Below are positions 62,236-64,000 of a stretch of DNA of 64,000 bases, one piece after another. The first letter of the stretch is position 1, and each line of letters begins with the position of its first letter. The DNA is from Octopus sinensis (taxonomy: Eukaryota). Location of the stretch: NCBI RefSeq assembly GCF_006345805.1, contig NC_043005.1, positions 28,830,001 to 28,894,000 of the forward strand. Direction: 5' to 3'. The translations under genes were made by a program, and so were the position numbers. The notes beneath the pieces are model-generated. The model ran no database searches. It saw only the letters and a program-made list of their open reading frames with translations, and was not told the DNA's origin.

Positions 62236-64000
62236 TTTCCTGAAGATTCTCTTAGTCTATGTATAGTTATTTTTCTAGAATCTGTCCTTTGAGTTCCAAT
62301 CCTGAGATTCTTCACTTCTGTCATACCACATGGAAATACTGAGGAGTTGAATGACTTTCTTTAGTAATCATTGTAAATGTGTGTCTGTTATCTGCATCTG
62401 AAAGTAAAATATATTAAAATAAGGAACCAAATTAATATAAATCTAAGTGATTTTAAATTACAAAAATTAGATTTATATACTCAAAAAACAGCAGAGCACC
62501 CATGAGTTTTGGAAACATGTTCAAAATTGTCAAAGTGTAGAACAAACTCTCAACATCAGTTGTTAGCTGTCAGGACACAAATGCATCTTTCAACAATTCT
62601 GTGCTTCTCAAAATTCCTAACATGCCCTGCATTCTTTCCTCTTTATGGCTCTTTTATTGTTCACTTTTCTGTCTTTTTTGTGTTTTATCATGTGTATTGT
62701 GCATGTACTTTTGGCTTTCATTGCTGTCTTTCTTTAATTTACTTAATAAACTGTTTTCTAAGGCTGTGAGCTGGCAGAAAAGTTAGCACACCGGGTGAAA
62801 TACTTAGCAGTATTTCATGTCTTTACGTTCTGATTTTAAATTCTGCCGAGATTGACTTTGCCTTCCATCCTTTCGGGGTTGATAAATTAAGTACCAGTTG
62901 CATACCTTGATTGATCCCCCCCCCCAATTTCAGGCCTTGTGCCTAGAGTAGAAAAGAATATTTTGAAGGTGGTGAGCTGGCAGAAATGTTAGCACACCAG
63001 GCAAAATGCTTAGCGGTATTTTGTCTGTCTTTACGTTCTGAATTCAAATTTTGCCGAGGGCAACTTTGTCTTTTGTCCTTTTGGGATCAATAAATTAAGT
63101 ACCTGTGGTGTACTGGGGTCGATCTAATCGACTGCCCACCCCCTCTCCAAGAAATTTGAGGCCTTGTGCCTAGAGTAGAAAAAAATAAACTGTTTTCTGT
63201 CTCTTCTTTTACACTTTTCTGCCAATTTAGAGTGCACCTGTGCAGTGCATACAATAAGTTCATTATCATATTTTTGAAAAATAATTTTTGAGAAAACCAT
63301 GTGCATTATAGTTTCATTTGTAGAGCTATTTAGACAGGGCTTTATATAATTCTGGTGGTGGTAATATACTGAAAGACATTTGAGAAAATAAAATGTAATT
63401 ATTTTTGTCTGCTCTACTAAAGACACAAAGCCTGGAGTTTTGTGTATCCTTAATACAGTTCTCAAGCAGAATTAGTATGACATGTAACAATTATTTTCTT
63501 AACTAATTAACAAGTCTTATTATTAGCAATGTGTCAACTAATTATAAAACTCTATTATATAATTATCTCATCAAAATGGAGCATGTCCCAGCTGGTCCAA
63601 TTTATTTCAGATCAGCTCCACCCATCATTGTAACAAGTTTTACTTGCTTTTTTGTTATTTTGTTTTGTTCTATTTATTAATGAAACAATATTCCTATATT
63701 CCTTTTTATTTGTGTGTGTGTGCGTGTGTGTGTTGCTTTCTCTTTCTTTCTCTCTCTCTCACACACACATTCCCAGCAACATTCATTCCAAATTCAGCAG
63801 ACCTAATTGAACTTGTTCTTCTCTAATCACATTTAGACATTTTTTAAAATTCAACATCACACATCACACACACTATACAAAGCTCTTCCATCATTTATCT
63901 TACACACACCACGTATAGTTCTCCACATTCACTGTACATGTTTCCCAACACTACATTATTACATATCAGAACAGCCTCCCTTTTAAACTGGACAAATTAT

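Overview
AT-rich, microsatellite- and SINE-dense animal genomic DNA. The SINE/RTE repeat families look like those I recall from octopus (inference; not checkable here). Genes from left to right: (1) three minus-strand WDR55 exons with intact splice phases but two in-frame stops; (2) two intronless VRK-family kinases facing tail-to-tail around a central ~450-bp inverted repeat, with a near-identical (probably gene-converted) C-lobe; (3) a complete 11-exon CHID1 gene (28672-45449, 388 aa); (4) an unidentified 3-exon minus-strand gene (321 aa) ending in a basic stretch plus CaaX (CVLM). Mobile DNA includes a non-autonomous Helitron, two foldback elements with internal TTAGGG-like repeats, mariner/Tc1 relics, a CRE-like relic and a 5'-truncated RTE LINE with a PHD finger. 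The most striking element is a 4x ~594-bp ORF-less tandem array (57124-59532), led by a perfect 139-bp inverted arm. Every unit carries an intact-core type I hammerhead ribozyme (CUGAAGA...GAAA, GUC cleavage triplet, palindromic stem III), the architecture of a retrozyme or Penelope-like element. Several other, unrelated hammerhead-like motifs occur, two of them inside head-to-head palindromes, and one of those is joined to a tRNA-derived head. All RNA structures were folded by eye and need computational and biochemical confirmation.
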